DNA from: Deltaproteobacteria bacterium
Lineage (GTDB): Bacteria; UBA10199; 2-02-FULL-44-16
Reading direction: 5' to 3'
Assembly: GCA_016202335.1 (NCBI GenBank)
Contig: JACQOX010000075.1
Location: 1-41,061 of the forward strand
Length of the DNA: 41,061 nt
Shown piece after piece: positions 1 to 8,453 of this stretch. A program made the translations under genes and the position numbers. Every line of letters begins with the position of its first letter. Within the stretch, counting starts at the first letter, position 1. The notes below the pieces were generated by a model that was not told the DNA's origin, searched no databases, and saw only the letters and a list, made by a program, of their open reading frames with translations.

Positions 1-2
1 CC

Positions 3-557
3 CACAACTTGGGCCCTCAACGCGAATTCAAGATTGCTTCCAAAGAAGGAAAATCTGCCGGAGAAATCTTTGGCGAGGCGGCTGGCTTTCTGGAAGAGTT
101 TAAGGCTCAGACTTCAGCGATGTCCCTCCAAGAGTATCTGCTCCAAAAGGGTGTGTACACCAAAGACCGCGTGAAAGCGAATTACACGGCAGGGGTGATG
201 TGGATGCTCGGGCATCTCAAAAAACATCTTTATGCCAAAGATGATTTCACCAAGGCGCGCAGCAGCTACGCGAAACTCGCGGGTATTCAGTTCGGTTGGC
301 TGGTGAAGCAAGGCGCCGTATCCTTTAATGACGCGGACAAGGTGTGGCAGATCAACTACGCTAAACTGCCGGCAGCGATCGAATCGCTGATGACCACGGT
401 TGGTTCCATCTATGCCAGCGGCAATCGGGACGCGCTTGAAGCTCTTACCAAACAATATCTCACGGGTCCCATGCTCGCCAAATATCACCTCGATGTCCTG
501 GAAGAACGCGTGGGATCTGATCCCAATGTGGCGCTCCACTACGAAGTCCTGCCATAG
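3..557 (+). CDS. C-terminal fragment of a conserved hypothetical protein. The gene start lies left of the window. It may be the helical C-terminal domain of an M49/DPP-III-like hydrolase.
   Basis: The frame is open from the window edge to TAG 555-557. The amino-acid composition is normal. TTG at 9 is only the first possible start in the ORF track. The resemblance of the tail (WQINYAKLPAAIESL...GNRDALEALTKQY) to DPP-III-like proteins is from memory and was not verified. Confidence 0.5.
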   Translation, partial: HNLGPQREFKIASKEGKSAGEIFGEAAGFLEEFKAQTSAMSLQEYLLQKGVYTKDRVKANYTAGVMWMLGHLKKHLYAKDDFTKARSSYAKLAGIQFGWLVKQGAVSFNDADKVWQINYAKLPAAIESLMTTVGSIYASGNRDALEALTKQYLTGPMLAKYHLDVLEERVGSDPNVALHYEVLP

Positions 558-567
558 TTCCGCTGTC

Positions 568-592
568 ATTCCCGCATGTCGTAAGCGGGAAT
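568..592 (+). terminator. REP-like hairpin (8-bp stem ATTCCCGC / GCGGGAAT, 9-nt loop), possibly a weak terminator after the upstream gene.
   Basis: The inverted repeat was read directly: ATTCCCGC (568-575), loop atgtcgtaa, GCGGGAAT (585-592). It starts 11 nt after the stop codon. No U-tract follows, so terminator function is uncertain. Confidence 0.3.
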
Positions 593-647
593 CCATCCTT
601 AGCAACAAATTTCTGTGCGAGCCGATAATGCAAATGAAGAGGAAAAT

Positions 648-2567
648 ATGGTCACCATGTACCCAATTATGGCTCGAGCGAGTTTTGCAAACATGCCGGG
701 AGCTGTTGCCAATCTCTATGAGCGCTCTCCACTTCTGCAAGGCATTGCAGATGTCTATCTCGGAACCCCTCAATTGCTCACAAGCCATTTGTTGGAATTA
801 AGACCGGCTATTGTAGCCGAACAAAGGCAGGCGCGTGGGGTGTGTGCTGAAGTATTGCCAGGGTATGCGTTAAGCACCCTCGTTCATGCACTGGAAGCTG
901 GGGGGAGATTAGCAGGAGGAGTGCAGACTTATGTTCGTTTGGCGAGTGCGCGCGATCTGTATGATGCGTCCTTGCTGTTGCAGGAAAGCATTACAGCAGA
1001 AGATTTGTCGACACCAAAGGCTTTGGTGGATCGTTTGAATGTGCTTCGATATGACATAGCTCGAGAACAGGGGGGAGAACACTATGCGCTTGCTACTCTG
1101 GTGCAAGCGCTGGAAGCGGGAGGGCAGTTAGCGATGGGAATACAATTCTATGAACGGTTAGCGAATGCCCATGATTTATATGATGCGTCGTTCTTGTTGC
1201 AGGAAAGCATCGGCGTAGAAGATCTATCGACCCCAAAAGCCTTGGTAGATCGCTTGGCAGCGATACGGCATTATGTGTCTCGTGAGCTAGGGAAAGAACG
1301 TTATGCACTCGATACACTGGTACAGGCGCTGGAAGCGGGAGGGAGGCTGACGAATGAAGCGCAGCCCTATAAACGTTTGGCCAGTGCGCGTGATTTATAC
1401 GATAAGTCGCTCTTGTTGCAGAAAAATATTTCAGAAGAGGACGTGTCGACACCCAAGGCCTTAGTGAATCGTTTGGCTGTTCTCCGAAATGACATCGCTC
1501 GAGAATTAGGCGAAGATCATTATGCGTTGGGGACTCTTATGCAGGCGCTGGAAGCGGGAGGAAGGTTGGTGAGGGGAGTGCAAACCCACTATCGTTTAGC
1601 AGGTGCGCGAGATCGATATGATAGATCCTTGTTATTGCAGAGAAGTGTTTCGGAAGAAGATTTATCGACGCCCAAGTCCTTAGTGGATCGTTTAACTGTC
1701 CTTCGGCGTTATGTTGTTCGAGAGTTGGGCGAAGAGCGCTATGCACTCACGACACTCGTACAAGCGCTTGAAGCTGGGGGTAGGTTAGTGGGTGGAGTGC
1801 AATCCTATCAACGTCTAGCAGGTGCGCGTGACCTGTATGACCGCTCATCAACGTTGCAGACAATGTCTGCTGAATTGCTTGAAGATGATCATCTCTTGAT
1901 GCGTTGGCTCTTGATGGTGCGTGATAGAGTGAAGTTTGAAAATGGGTTGCGCATGGGTAAATCTCTTGCGGTCGCGTTTGAAGAAGCCATGAATGAACCC
2001 TACGCCTTGAAGACAATCACTAATGCACTATTTGCCGCCGGTGTCATAGCCGTGAAGAAAATGCAGAAGCTGAATTTTAGTATTTCAGGTCCTTTAGAAT
2101 ATGCACTGGAGCGCCGGGGAATAATTGCCGCAGAAGTAGACAAGATGAGAAAGGGAGAAAGAGGAGCGTTTCAACGTGTGGACCATACTCCCTTTACATA
2201 TCTCGCAGATTCCACTCGGCCATTAAGTGAATTTTATATCAGAAATATCCTTAAATGGGCGGTGTGGTTGGAGAGCAATCCGGAGATCGTGACACGCAGC
2301 CTTTACCGGGCCGACGAACTCGTTTTTCTCTCACTGGGCAGTGAAGTTGGTGAAAGCATGATGCATGCTGCAATTCCTGCTCTTAATGATCGGCTGCAAC
2401 GTGCTATGTCGCAAACGGTGAATGAGCCGATGTTCGCTCGTGAACTTGTGGTAGGAATGATGCGAGAGACGGTTGAATATTATGCCGATTCTGCGAGACT
2501 CCCTGCATCAATTGAGGAGCAAACGTATGTGAAACGCCTGCAACGTCTTGTGACGTGGAATTCATAG
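648..2567 (+). CDS. Tandem-repeat protein of unknown function: five 73-aa repeats plus a ~210-aa unique C-terminal domain.
   Basis: The ORF is 615-2567. GTG 615 lacks a Shine-Dalgarno sequence, while ATG 648 is preceded by AGAGGA (638-643). The repeat consensus is YALxTLVQALEAGGRLxxxxQxxxRLAxARDLYDxSLLLQxxxxxEDLSTPKALVDRLxxLRxxxxRELGExx. I recognise no known family. Confidence 0.75.
   Translation: MVTMYPIMARASFANMPGAVANLYERSPLLQGIADVYLGTPQLLTSHLLELRPAIVAEQRQARGVCAEVLPGYALSTLVHALEAGGRLAGGVQTYVRLASARDLYDASLLLQESITAEDLSTPKALVDRLNVLRYDIAREQGGEHYALATLVQALEAGGQLAMGIQFYERLANAHDLYDASFLLQESIGVEDLSTPKALVDRLAAIRHYVSRELGKERYALDTLVQALEAGGRLTNEAQPYKRLASARDLYDKSLLLQKNISEEDVSTPKALVNRLAVLRNDIARELGEDHYALGTLMQALEAGGRLVRGVQTHYRLAGARDRYDRSLLLQRSVSEEDLSTPKSLVDRLTVLRRYVVRELGEERYALTTLVQALEAGGRLVGGVQSYQRLAGARDLYDRSSTLQTMSAELLEDDHLLMRWLLMVRDRVKFENGLRMGKSLAVAFEEAMNEPYALKTITNALFAAGVIAVKKMQKLNFSISGPLEYALERRGIIAAEVDKMRKGERGAFQRVDHTPFTYLADSTRPLSEFYIRNILKWAVWLESNPEIVTRSLYRADELVFLSLGSEVGESMMHAAIPALNDRLQRAMSQTVNEPMFARELVVGMMRETVEYYADSARLPASIEEQTYVKRLQRLVTWNS
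864..1958 (+). repeat. Coding tandem repeat, 5 x 219 bp (73 codons). A sixth degenerate unit starts at 2001.
   Basis: The unit starts (TAT GCx, encoding YAL) fall at 864, 1083, 1302, 1521 and 1740, exactly 219 nt apart. Units look roughly 70-75% identical at DNA level by eye. The second half of the fifth unit diverges. Confidence 0.95.
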
Positions 2568-2612
2568 TCCAAGACGTATCGCGATAAATTTGCTTCGGTT
2601 CAATCCTTTTCA

Positions 2613-2641
2613 TTGTCAGCACTTCCGGCTTGAGTTAAAAT
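2613..2641 (+). promoter_or_regulatory. Sigma70-like promoter TTGTCA-N17-TAAAAT placed to give a leaderless transcript of the beta-CASP gene.
   Basis: TTGTCA is at 2613-2618, followed by a 17-nt spacer and TAAAAT at 2636-2641. The ATG at 2648 is 7 nt past the -10 hexamer. There is no Shine-Dalgarno sequence between them. Confidence 0.45.
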
Positions 2642-2647
2642 GACATC

Positions 2648-4000
2648 ATGAAAATAACGTTTCTGGGTGCTGCAGGAACGGTGACAGGATCCAAGTTCCT
2701 CCTTGAAACCGGCAAACAACGGATTTTGATCGACGCCGGCCTCTTCCAGGGATTCAAAGAACTCCGCGTACACAACTGGCAAGACCTTCCATTCGATCCC
2801 CGATCGCTCGATGCCGTCATCATCACCCATGCTCATATCGACCACACCGGCTATCTCCCAGCGCTTTGTAAGCATGGCTTCATCGGTCCCATTTACTCCA
2901 CGGCGGCGACGAAAGAGCTGTGTGAAATCCTCCTGCCGGACGCGGGATACTTGCAGGAAGAAGAAGCCCGCTTTGCGAACAAGCATGGTTTCAGCAAACA
3001 TCAGCCAGCCCTCCCGCTGTTTACGGTGGAGGATGCTCGACATGCTTTGGCGCTTTTTGAACAGCTTCCTTTTCACGCGTGGCATGAGCTTGGGAACAAG
3101 CTCTCTTTTCAGTTTACGCCGGCAGGACACCTGCTCGGAGCGGCGTGTATTCATCTCAAAACGGATCAGGGGAAGCTCGTGGTGAGTGGGGACATCGGAC
3201 GTTCGAACGATCTGCTGATCAAACCACCGGAGCCAGTTCGTCAGGCAGACTATCTGCTTTTAGAATCCACGTATGGAAACAAGGATCACCAAAATCAGGA
3301 TCCGCTGCAGGCCTTTGAAGACATCATTCATCAGGCGTGGGACCGAAAGGGTGTCATCTTGATTCCGGCTTTTGCCGTGGGTCGCGTCCAAGCGGTGCTG
3401 CACATTCTCCATCGGCTGAAACGGGAAGGGCGTATTCCGGAAATTCCCATTTATCTCGACAGCCCCATGGCGATTCTCGCCACAGAAGTTTTTTGTCGCT
3501 ACACCCACGAACACCGTTTGACCGCGGATGAAGCGCGGGCGCTGGCCAAAACGGCCAAGGCCATCGAATCGCAAGAAGAATCCAAGATGCTCTCGCAGTC
3601 CAAGGGGCCCAAACTGATTGTCTCCGCGAGCGGCATGGCCACCGGTGGGCGCGTGTTGCATCATCTCAAGTGGTTTGCGCCAGACCCTCAGAACACCATT
3701 CTGTTTGTCGGTTTTCAATCGCCGGGAACGCGCGGCGAAGCCATGGTCAATGGGGCGACCAAAATCAGGGTTCACGGGCAAGATGTTTCGGTTCGGGCCA
3801 AGGTGGTTCACCTGGAAAATCTTTCGGCCCACGCCGACCGCAACGACATTGTTCGCTGGCTGGCCCAGATGAAGCGCCCTCAGAAGGTAATCCTTGTGCA
3901 CGGCGAACCCTCGGCGCTTTTAGGCATGCAAGCACATTTGATGGAAACCCTGCGATGGCCAAGTGTCATTCCGAAATATGGAGAGACCATTCAGTTCTAG
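2648..4000 (+). CDS. MBL-fold metallo-hydrolase of the beta-CASP family (RNA-metabolising ribonuclease-like).
   Basis: The N-terminus is ITFLGAAGTVTGSK. The HxHxDH motif (THAHIDHTG) is present. The ~450-aa length and the C-terminal SAHAD / LVHGE motifs are typical of beta-CASP RNases. Confidence 0.9.
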   Translation: MKITFLGAAGTVTGSKFLLETGKQRILIDAGLFQGFKELRVHNWQDLPFDPRSLDAVIITHAHIDHTGYLPALCKHGFIGPIYSTAATKELCEILLPDAGYLQEEEARFANKHGFSKHQPALPLFTVEDARHALALFEQLPFHAWHELGNKLSFQFTPAGHLLGAACIHLKTDQGKLVVSGDIGRSNDLLIKPPEPVRQADYLLLESTYGNKDHQNQDPLQAFEDIIHQAWDRKGVILIPAFAVGRVQAVLHILHRLKREGRIPEIPIYLDSPMAILATEVFCRYTHEHRLTADEARALAKTAKAIESQEESKMLSQSKGPKLIVSASGMATGGRVLHHLKWFAPDPQNTILFVGFQSPGTRGEAMVNGATKIRVHGQDVSVRAKVVHLENLSAHADRNDIVRWLAQMKRPQKVILVHGEPSALLGMQAHLMETLRWPSVIPKYGETIQF

Positions 4001-4111
4001 ACGTCAAATAATTGATAAATTCCTTTGACAATCAAACCTGCCCTGTCTACATGTCCGCCCACTTTCGCCCCTTAAAAAGCGAAAAATAAAAGAGAAAAGG
4101 AAGTAACGTTT

Positions 4112-5683
4112 ATGTGTCCAGTCGTCATTCAACCCACCGAGAATCAACAGAAGACCCAGTTTGCCAAGCTTTTCGAGGAAAGCATGAAGCAGGTCTCGCT
4201 CAAAGAAGGCGAGATTGTGAAAGGCAAAATCGTCCGCATCGTTCGCGATGCCGTGATCGTGGACATCGGGTTTAAATCCGAAGGTCAGATCCCAATCGAA
4301 CAATTCACGACCCGTGGTCAGGTAAAGGCCAATATCGGCGACGAAATCGACGTCTTTATTGAAGCTGTGGAAGATGATGCGGGAATGCTCATTCTTTCCA
4401 AAGAGCGTGCCGACGGGCTTCGCGCCTGGGAGCGGTTGGAAGAAATTGAAAAACAGAACGGTGAAGTCGAAGGTACGGTGCTGACCAAGGTCAAAGGTGG
4501 TCTTTCGGTCGATATCGGCGTCCGAGCGTTTTTGCCGGGTTCTCAGATCGATCTCCGTCCTACCAAAAATCTCGATCAATACGTGGGCAAGACCTATCGC
4601 TTTAAAATCATCAAACTCAACAAACGCCGTGGCAATGTGGTTTTGTCACGCAAGGCCATTTTGGAAACTGAACGCGTCAGCCAGCGCAAAGAAACCCTGG
4701 AAACGCTCACCGAAGGCCAGATTTTCAATGGCGTCGTCAAAAACGTCACTGACTACGGTCTGTTTGTGGATCTGGGCGGTGTCGACGGATTGCTTCACAT
4801 CACCGACATGTCCTGGGGACGCATCAATCATCCGTCGGAATTATACCGTGTTGGCGATGACATCCGTGTCGTGGTCCTCAAGTACGATCGGGACGCTCAG
4901 AAGGTGTCACTCGGTCTCAAGCAGTTGATGAACGATCCCTGGCAAGATGTGGAAAACGATTTTCCGGTTGGGCTTCGTGTCCATGGCAAAGTGGTGAGCC
5001 TCACGGATTACGGTGCTTTTGTGGCGCTCAAAGATGGCATCGAAGGCTTGATCCACATCTCGGAAATGACGTGGAGCAAAAAGATCAAGCATCCTTCGAA
5101 AGTTCTTTCCGTTAGCCAGGACGTCGACGCCATTGTCTTGGACGTCGACATGGCTCAACGCCGCATTTCGCTTGGCCTCAAGCAGATCATGCCGAATCCG
5201 TGGCTCGAGCTGGAACAAAAATATCCTATCGGCAGTAAAGTCAAAGGTACGGTTCGCAACATCGCTGACTTTGGAATTTTTGTGGACGTCGGGGCTGAAA
5301 TCGATGGCCTCATCCACATTTCCGACATGTTCTGGATTCAAAATTTCGTTCATCCCTCTGAAGTGATCGCCAAGGGACAAGAAGTCGAAGCCGTAGTGCT
5401 CCACATCGATCCCGAGAATGAACGCTTCTCCCTGGGCCTCAAGCAACTTCAAGATGATCCCTGGGATCTCATGAAGGGCAAATTCAAAGAAGGCACCAAG
5501 GCCACGGGCAAAGTGATGAGTCTTACGGCCGCAGGTGCGGTGGTCCAAGTTCAAGCCGGAATCGAAGGTCTGATTCAGAAGGAAGATCTTCCCGCAGGCG
5601 TGAACGTCGGTGATGAGCTCTCGTGCCTCGTGAAAAAAGCCCAGCCTGAACAGCGCCAATTTTATCTCGAAATCCAAAAGTAA
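4112..5683 (+). CDS. rpsA: 30S ribosomal protein S1.
   Basis: Six S1 (OB-fold) repeats are recognisable: GEIVKGKIVRI, VEGTVLTKVKGGLSVDIG, GQIFNGVVKNVTDYGLFVDLGG, VHGKVVSLTDYGAFVAL, VKGTVRNIADFGIFVDVG and ATGKVMSLTAAGAVVQV. An AAGGAAG ribosome-binding site lies upstream. Confidence 0.95.
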   Translation: MCPVVIQPTENQQKTQFAKLFEESMKQVSLKEGEIVKGKIVRIVRDAVIVDIGFKSEGQIPIEQFTTRGQVKANIGDEIDVFIEAVEDDAGMLILSKERADGLRAWERLEEIEKQNGEVEGTVLTKVKGGLSVDIGVRAFLPGSQIDLRPTKNLDQYVGKTYRFKIIKLNKRRGNVVLSRKAILETERVSQRKETLETLTEGQIFNGVVKNVTDYGLFVDLGGVDGLLHITDMSWGRINHPSELYRVGDDIRVVVLKYDRDAQKVSLGLKQLMNDPWQDVENDFPVGLRVHGKVVSLTDYGAFVALKDGIEGLIHISEMTWSKKIKHPSKVLSVSQDVDAIVLDVDMAQRRISLGLKQIMPNPWLELEQKYPIGSKVKGTVRNIADFGIFVDVGAEIDGLIHISDMFWIQNFVHPSEVIAKGQEVEAVVLHIDPENERFSLGLKQLQDDPWDLMKGKFKEGTKATGKVMSLTAAGAVVQVQAGIEGLIQKEDLPAGVNVGDELSCLVKKAQPEQRQFYLEIQK

Positions 5684-5707
5684 CTTTTTAGCGTTTGAGG
5701 GGGAAAG

Positions 5708-6550
5708 GTGCGAAAAATAATCGTTATTTTCGCAGCTGTTTGCGCAGCACTTGTCCTTATTCTTATCGCAGTCCCGTCTCGCGAAAAAATTGGCGTTATC
5801 CCTATCGAAGGGGAAATCCTCACCGCTGAAGATGCCGTCGAAACCATTCGCGAGATGGCACATGATGATTCCTTAAAATCGATCATCCTTCGCTTGAATT
5901 CTCCTGGTGGAACGGTTGCTGGATCGCAGGAAATTTTAGAAGCGGTCCGTGAACTCGCCCAGAAAAAACCGGTTGTTGCCTCCATGGGCACCGTAGCGGC
6001 TTCAGGCGCCTATTACATCGCCTGCGGAGCGACCAAAATATTGGCGGCACCGGGGACTATCACCGGTTCGATCGGCGTTCGCATGGAACACGTCAACATC
6101 GGCGATCTGCTGCGTTTTGCCAAGGTCCACCATGAGACCTTAAAGAGTGGGAAATACAAAGATATCGGGGCCTTCGATCGTCCGCTGTCTGTCGCTGATC
6201 GGGCATTTCTGCAGCAACTGCTCCACGACATGCACGATCAATTCATCGATGATGTTGCCGCAAGCCGCCATATGGACAGAAAAGAGGTTCTCACCTTGGC
6301 CGACGGGCGTATCTTTAGCGGTAGACAGGCACTTGAACTAAAGCTTATCGACGAACTGGGCGGCTTTTCGCAGGCGATCAGGCGTGCTGCAGAACTCGGT
6401 CATATGACGGGCGAACCGGTTCTCATCTATCCCAAAGAAAAGGGATGGAATTGGCTGGGAAAAATATTGGGTGAATCTCTGAATCACGTGGAAAATTTTT
6501 TGAATTCGTACGGATCCATGCGGATTCCACTTGCGCGTTCTGAAATTTGA
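5708..6550 (+). CDS. sppA: Signal peptide peptidase SppA, 36K type.
   Basis: GTG start with a GAGGGGGAAAG ribosome-binding site. There is an N-terminal TM segment. The ClpP/crotonase-like SppA core is present (LRLNSPGGTVAGS, GTVAASGAYYIACGA, GSIGV). Confidence 0.9.
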   Translation: MRKIIVIFAAVCAALVLILIAVPSREKIGVIPIEGEILTAEDAVETIREMAHDDSLKSIILRLNSPGGTVAGSQEILEAVRELAQKKPVVASMGTVAASGAYYIACGATKILAAPGTITGSIGVRMEHVNIGDLLRFAKVHHETLKSGKYKDIGAFDRPLSVADRAFLQQLLHDMHDQFIDDVAASRHMDRKEVLTLADGRIFSGRQALELKLIDELGGFSQAIRRAAELGHMTGEPVLIYPKEKGWNWLGKILGESLNHVENFLNSYGSMRIPLARSEI

Positions 6551-6584
6551 TGACTTTGTAACATTCTAAAAAAGCGGAGGAAAA

Positions 6585-6866
6585 GTGAACAAAAGTGATT
6601 TGGTAGAATTTATCTCGGGGAACTTGCCAAGCCTCGCGGCACGCGATGTTGAAGTCATCGTCAATACCATTTTCGACTGCATGACGGAACAGCTGCAACA
6701 CGGGGGCCGCATTGAAATCCGTGGTTTTGGCAGCTTTGAAGTTCGCACCCGTCGCGCCCGCCTGGGACGCAATCCCAAAACCGGAGCATCGGTTGACGTC
6801 GCCGAACGCCGCGTTCCGTTCTTCAAAGTCGGCAAAGAGCTCCGAGAACGAGTAAATCATGAATAA
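6585..6866 (+). CDS. ihfB: Integration host factor beta subunit / HU-family DNA-binding protein.
   Basis: GTG start after GCGGAGGAAAA. The sequence RIEIRGFGSFEVRTRRARLGRNPKTGASV...PFFKVGKELRERVN closely parallels IHF-beta. It lies downstream of rpsA, as in proteobacteria. Confidence 0.85.
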   Translation: MNKSDLVEFISGNLPSLAARDVEVIVNTIFDCMTEQLQHGGRIEIRGFGSFEVRTRRARLGRNPKTGASVDVAERRVPFFKVGKELRERVNHE

Positions 6867-7359
6867 AGTTTGGGCACCATGGCGGATGGATTTTATCGAA
6901 GACGTCCGCGGGAAATCACCAACTGAATGCGTTTTCTGTGACATCCTCAAACATAACGTCGATCGCGAAAAATTAATTCTTCATCATGGAACACTCGCTT
7001 CCGTGGTCATGAATAAATATCCTTATACGAACGGCCATCTTCTGGTGATGCCGAAACGGCACATCGCTGAGCTTCATGATCTGACACGCGATGAGCATGC
7101 GGAAATGATGGCGCTCATGGCGGCATCCATTCCGATTTTGCGGAATGTGCTCGGCGCACAAGGCATCAATTGTGGGCTTAACTTGGGCAAGGTGGCCGGA
7201 GCCGGAATTCTTGACCATGTGCATTTTCACATCGTTCCGCGCTGGGTGGGGGATTCGAACTTTTTCCCGGTGATCGCCGAAACGCGCTCGATTCCGGAAT
7301 ACGTGCAGAAAACGTATGATCGGCTCATTGGGGAATTCCAAAAAATGGGGGAGATATGA
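6859..7359 (+). CDS. HIT (histidine triad) family nucleotide hydrolase/transferase.
   Basis: The histidine triad HVHFHIVPR is present, along with VFCDIL and NKYPYTNGHLLVMPKRH motifs. It overlaps the 3' end of ihfB by 8 nt. Confidence 0.85.
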   Translation: MNKVWAPWRMDFIEDVRGKSPTECVFCDILKHNVDREKLILHHGTLASVVMNKYPYTNGHLLVMPKRHIAELHDLTRDEHAEMMALMAASIPILRNVLGAQGINCGLNLGKVAGAGILDHVHFHIVPRWVGDSNFFPVIAETRSIPEYVQKTYDRLIGEFQKMGEI

Positions 7360-7691
7360 AGAGAGTGGTTTTCGCAGTCATCATGGCACTGATCTTTTTC
7401 GTTTTGCTTAATTTCATTTACTGTAACCTCGACGTTCAGACCCTCGGCTATCAAATGGCCTTTAAATTTACCATTCCAGGGATTTTCACTGTTCGGACAC
7501 TGCCCATTCCCGTGGGATTCGCGCTGCTCCTGGCCTTCTGCATCGGCATGGTCATGATCGCGATTTTGGAAGCGCTGCCAACGATTTACAAGTCGCTTGA
7601 GCTGCGCTCAAAGAATAAAAAAATTCGCCAGCTCGAACGTGAACTCACGCTCATGAGGCAGATGTCGACGAATGCTGGTGAAAAACTCTAA
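7356..7691 (+). CDS. LapA-domain (DUF1049-like) small inner-membrane protein.
   Basis: Two TM segments are followed by a basic coiled tail (KNKKIRQLERELTLMRQ). It has an ATGA overlap with the HIT gene. It sits downstream of ihfB as in proteobacterial lapA loci. The call rests on architecture only. Confidence 0.6.
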   Translation: MKRVVFAVIMALIFFVLLNFIYCNLDVQTLGYQMAFKFTIPGIFTVRTLPIPVGFALLLAFCIGMVMIAILEALPTIYKSLELRSKNKKIRQLERELTLMRQMSTNAGEKL

Positions 7692-7694
7692 AGG

Positions 7695-8453
7695 TTAACC
7701 GCGGAGACCTTTGCCAGACCTTCGTAATTGCTTGAGCGTCACGGAGGTATTCTCGCAGGCGTGAGAAGAGGCGAGATTTGCTTTGGTGAGGGTCTTCAGT
7801 TCTTTCGCATGGAGTTCACTCTTGGTGAGTGGCGTGGTGGTGAAGGACGACCGCTGATGCTGCGGTGATGCTTTTCTGCCGAGGTTTGCGTTGGTTGCTT
7901 TTTCAGGAATGCCTTCTCGTTCATATTTCGTGAACAGGTGATCAAAGATCAATTCAAAATTGCGTAAGGGCGAAGGGTGCTGGTCCAGCAGTTTCTTGAT
8001 GCGAAGCTTGGCTTCGGGGCCGATTTTGATGAGATGATTGGGGTTCCGAAAATCGGCCTTTAATTTTTTCAGGAACATACTCAGTTCGCTGGTCGACAGT
8101 TTCACCGACGGTTTGACGCTCACGTCAAAGAGTTCGCCCAAACCTTCTTCGGTGTACTGACCTTCATTGATCTTCATCGCGTCGAACGGGATCCGGATCT
8201 CGCCTTTGTAGCGATAGCGGTCTAAATTAAAAAAAGCGACTTTGCTGATGATGACGCTCTTGTTCGACGTGCGGTACGCAGCAAAGGCTTCATGCCAGGT
8301 GGCGAGCGAGAATTGCTTGGTATCCACAAAACCCATTTCCCATAAAGCATCGATGTCTTCGGGAGTATAGCAGACGTGCTCGCCGTCCTCGGTTTTATCG
8401 AGGTTTTCCCAAAGGTAACTCATGAAATCAAAATGGCCAAGCTCGAGGGTCAT
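7695..8453 (-). CDS. Hypothetical protein, 252 aa. Last gene of an orphan four-gene operon.
   Basis: Its start ATG overlaps the upstream stop as ATGA (8450-8453). No signal peptide or TM segment is visible. The C-terminal ~60 aa are basic and low-complexity. I recognise no family. Confidence 0.7.
   Translation of the reverse strand: MTLELGHFDFMSYLWENLDKTEDGEHVCYTPEDIDALWEMGFVDTKQFSLATWHEAFAAYRTSNKSVIISKVAFFNLDRYRYKGEIRIPFDAMKINEGQYTEEGLGELFDVSVKPSVKLSTSELSMFLKKLKADFRNPNHLIKIGPEAKLRIKKLLDQHPSPLRNFELIFDHLFTKYEREGIPEKATNANLGRKASPQHQRSSFTTTPLTKSELHAKELKTLTKANLASSHACENTSVTLKQLRRSGKGLRG

Noticed and set aside
864-1958. The 219-bp tandem repeats considered as a CRISPR array or satellite.
   Set aside because: The repeats are contiguous with no spacers. 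They are in frame, 219 nt long, and conserved at protein level more than at DNA level. This is a coding repeat, not a CRISPR array.
4025-4053. A TTGACA-N17-TACATG element considered as the rpsA promoter, together with a TTTCGC...GCGAAA hairpin in the leader.
   Set aside because: The -35 hexamer is consensus, but the -10 lacks the conserved final T. The hairpin is only 6 bp with a 10-nt loop. This is too weak to assert without TSS data.
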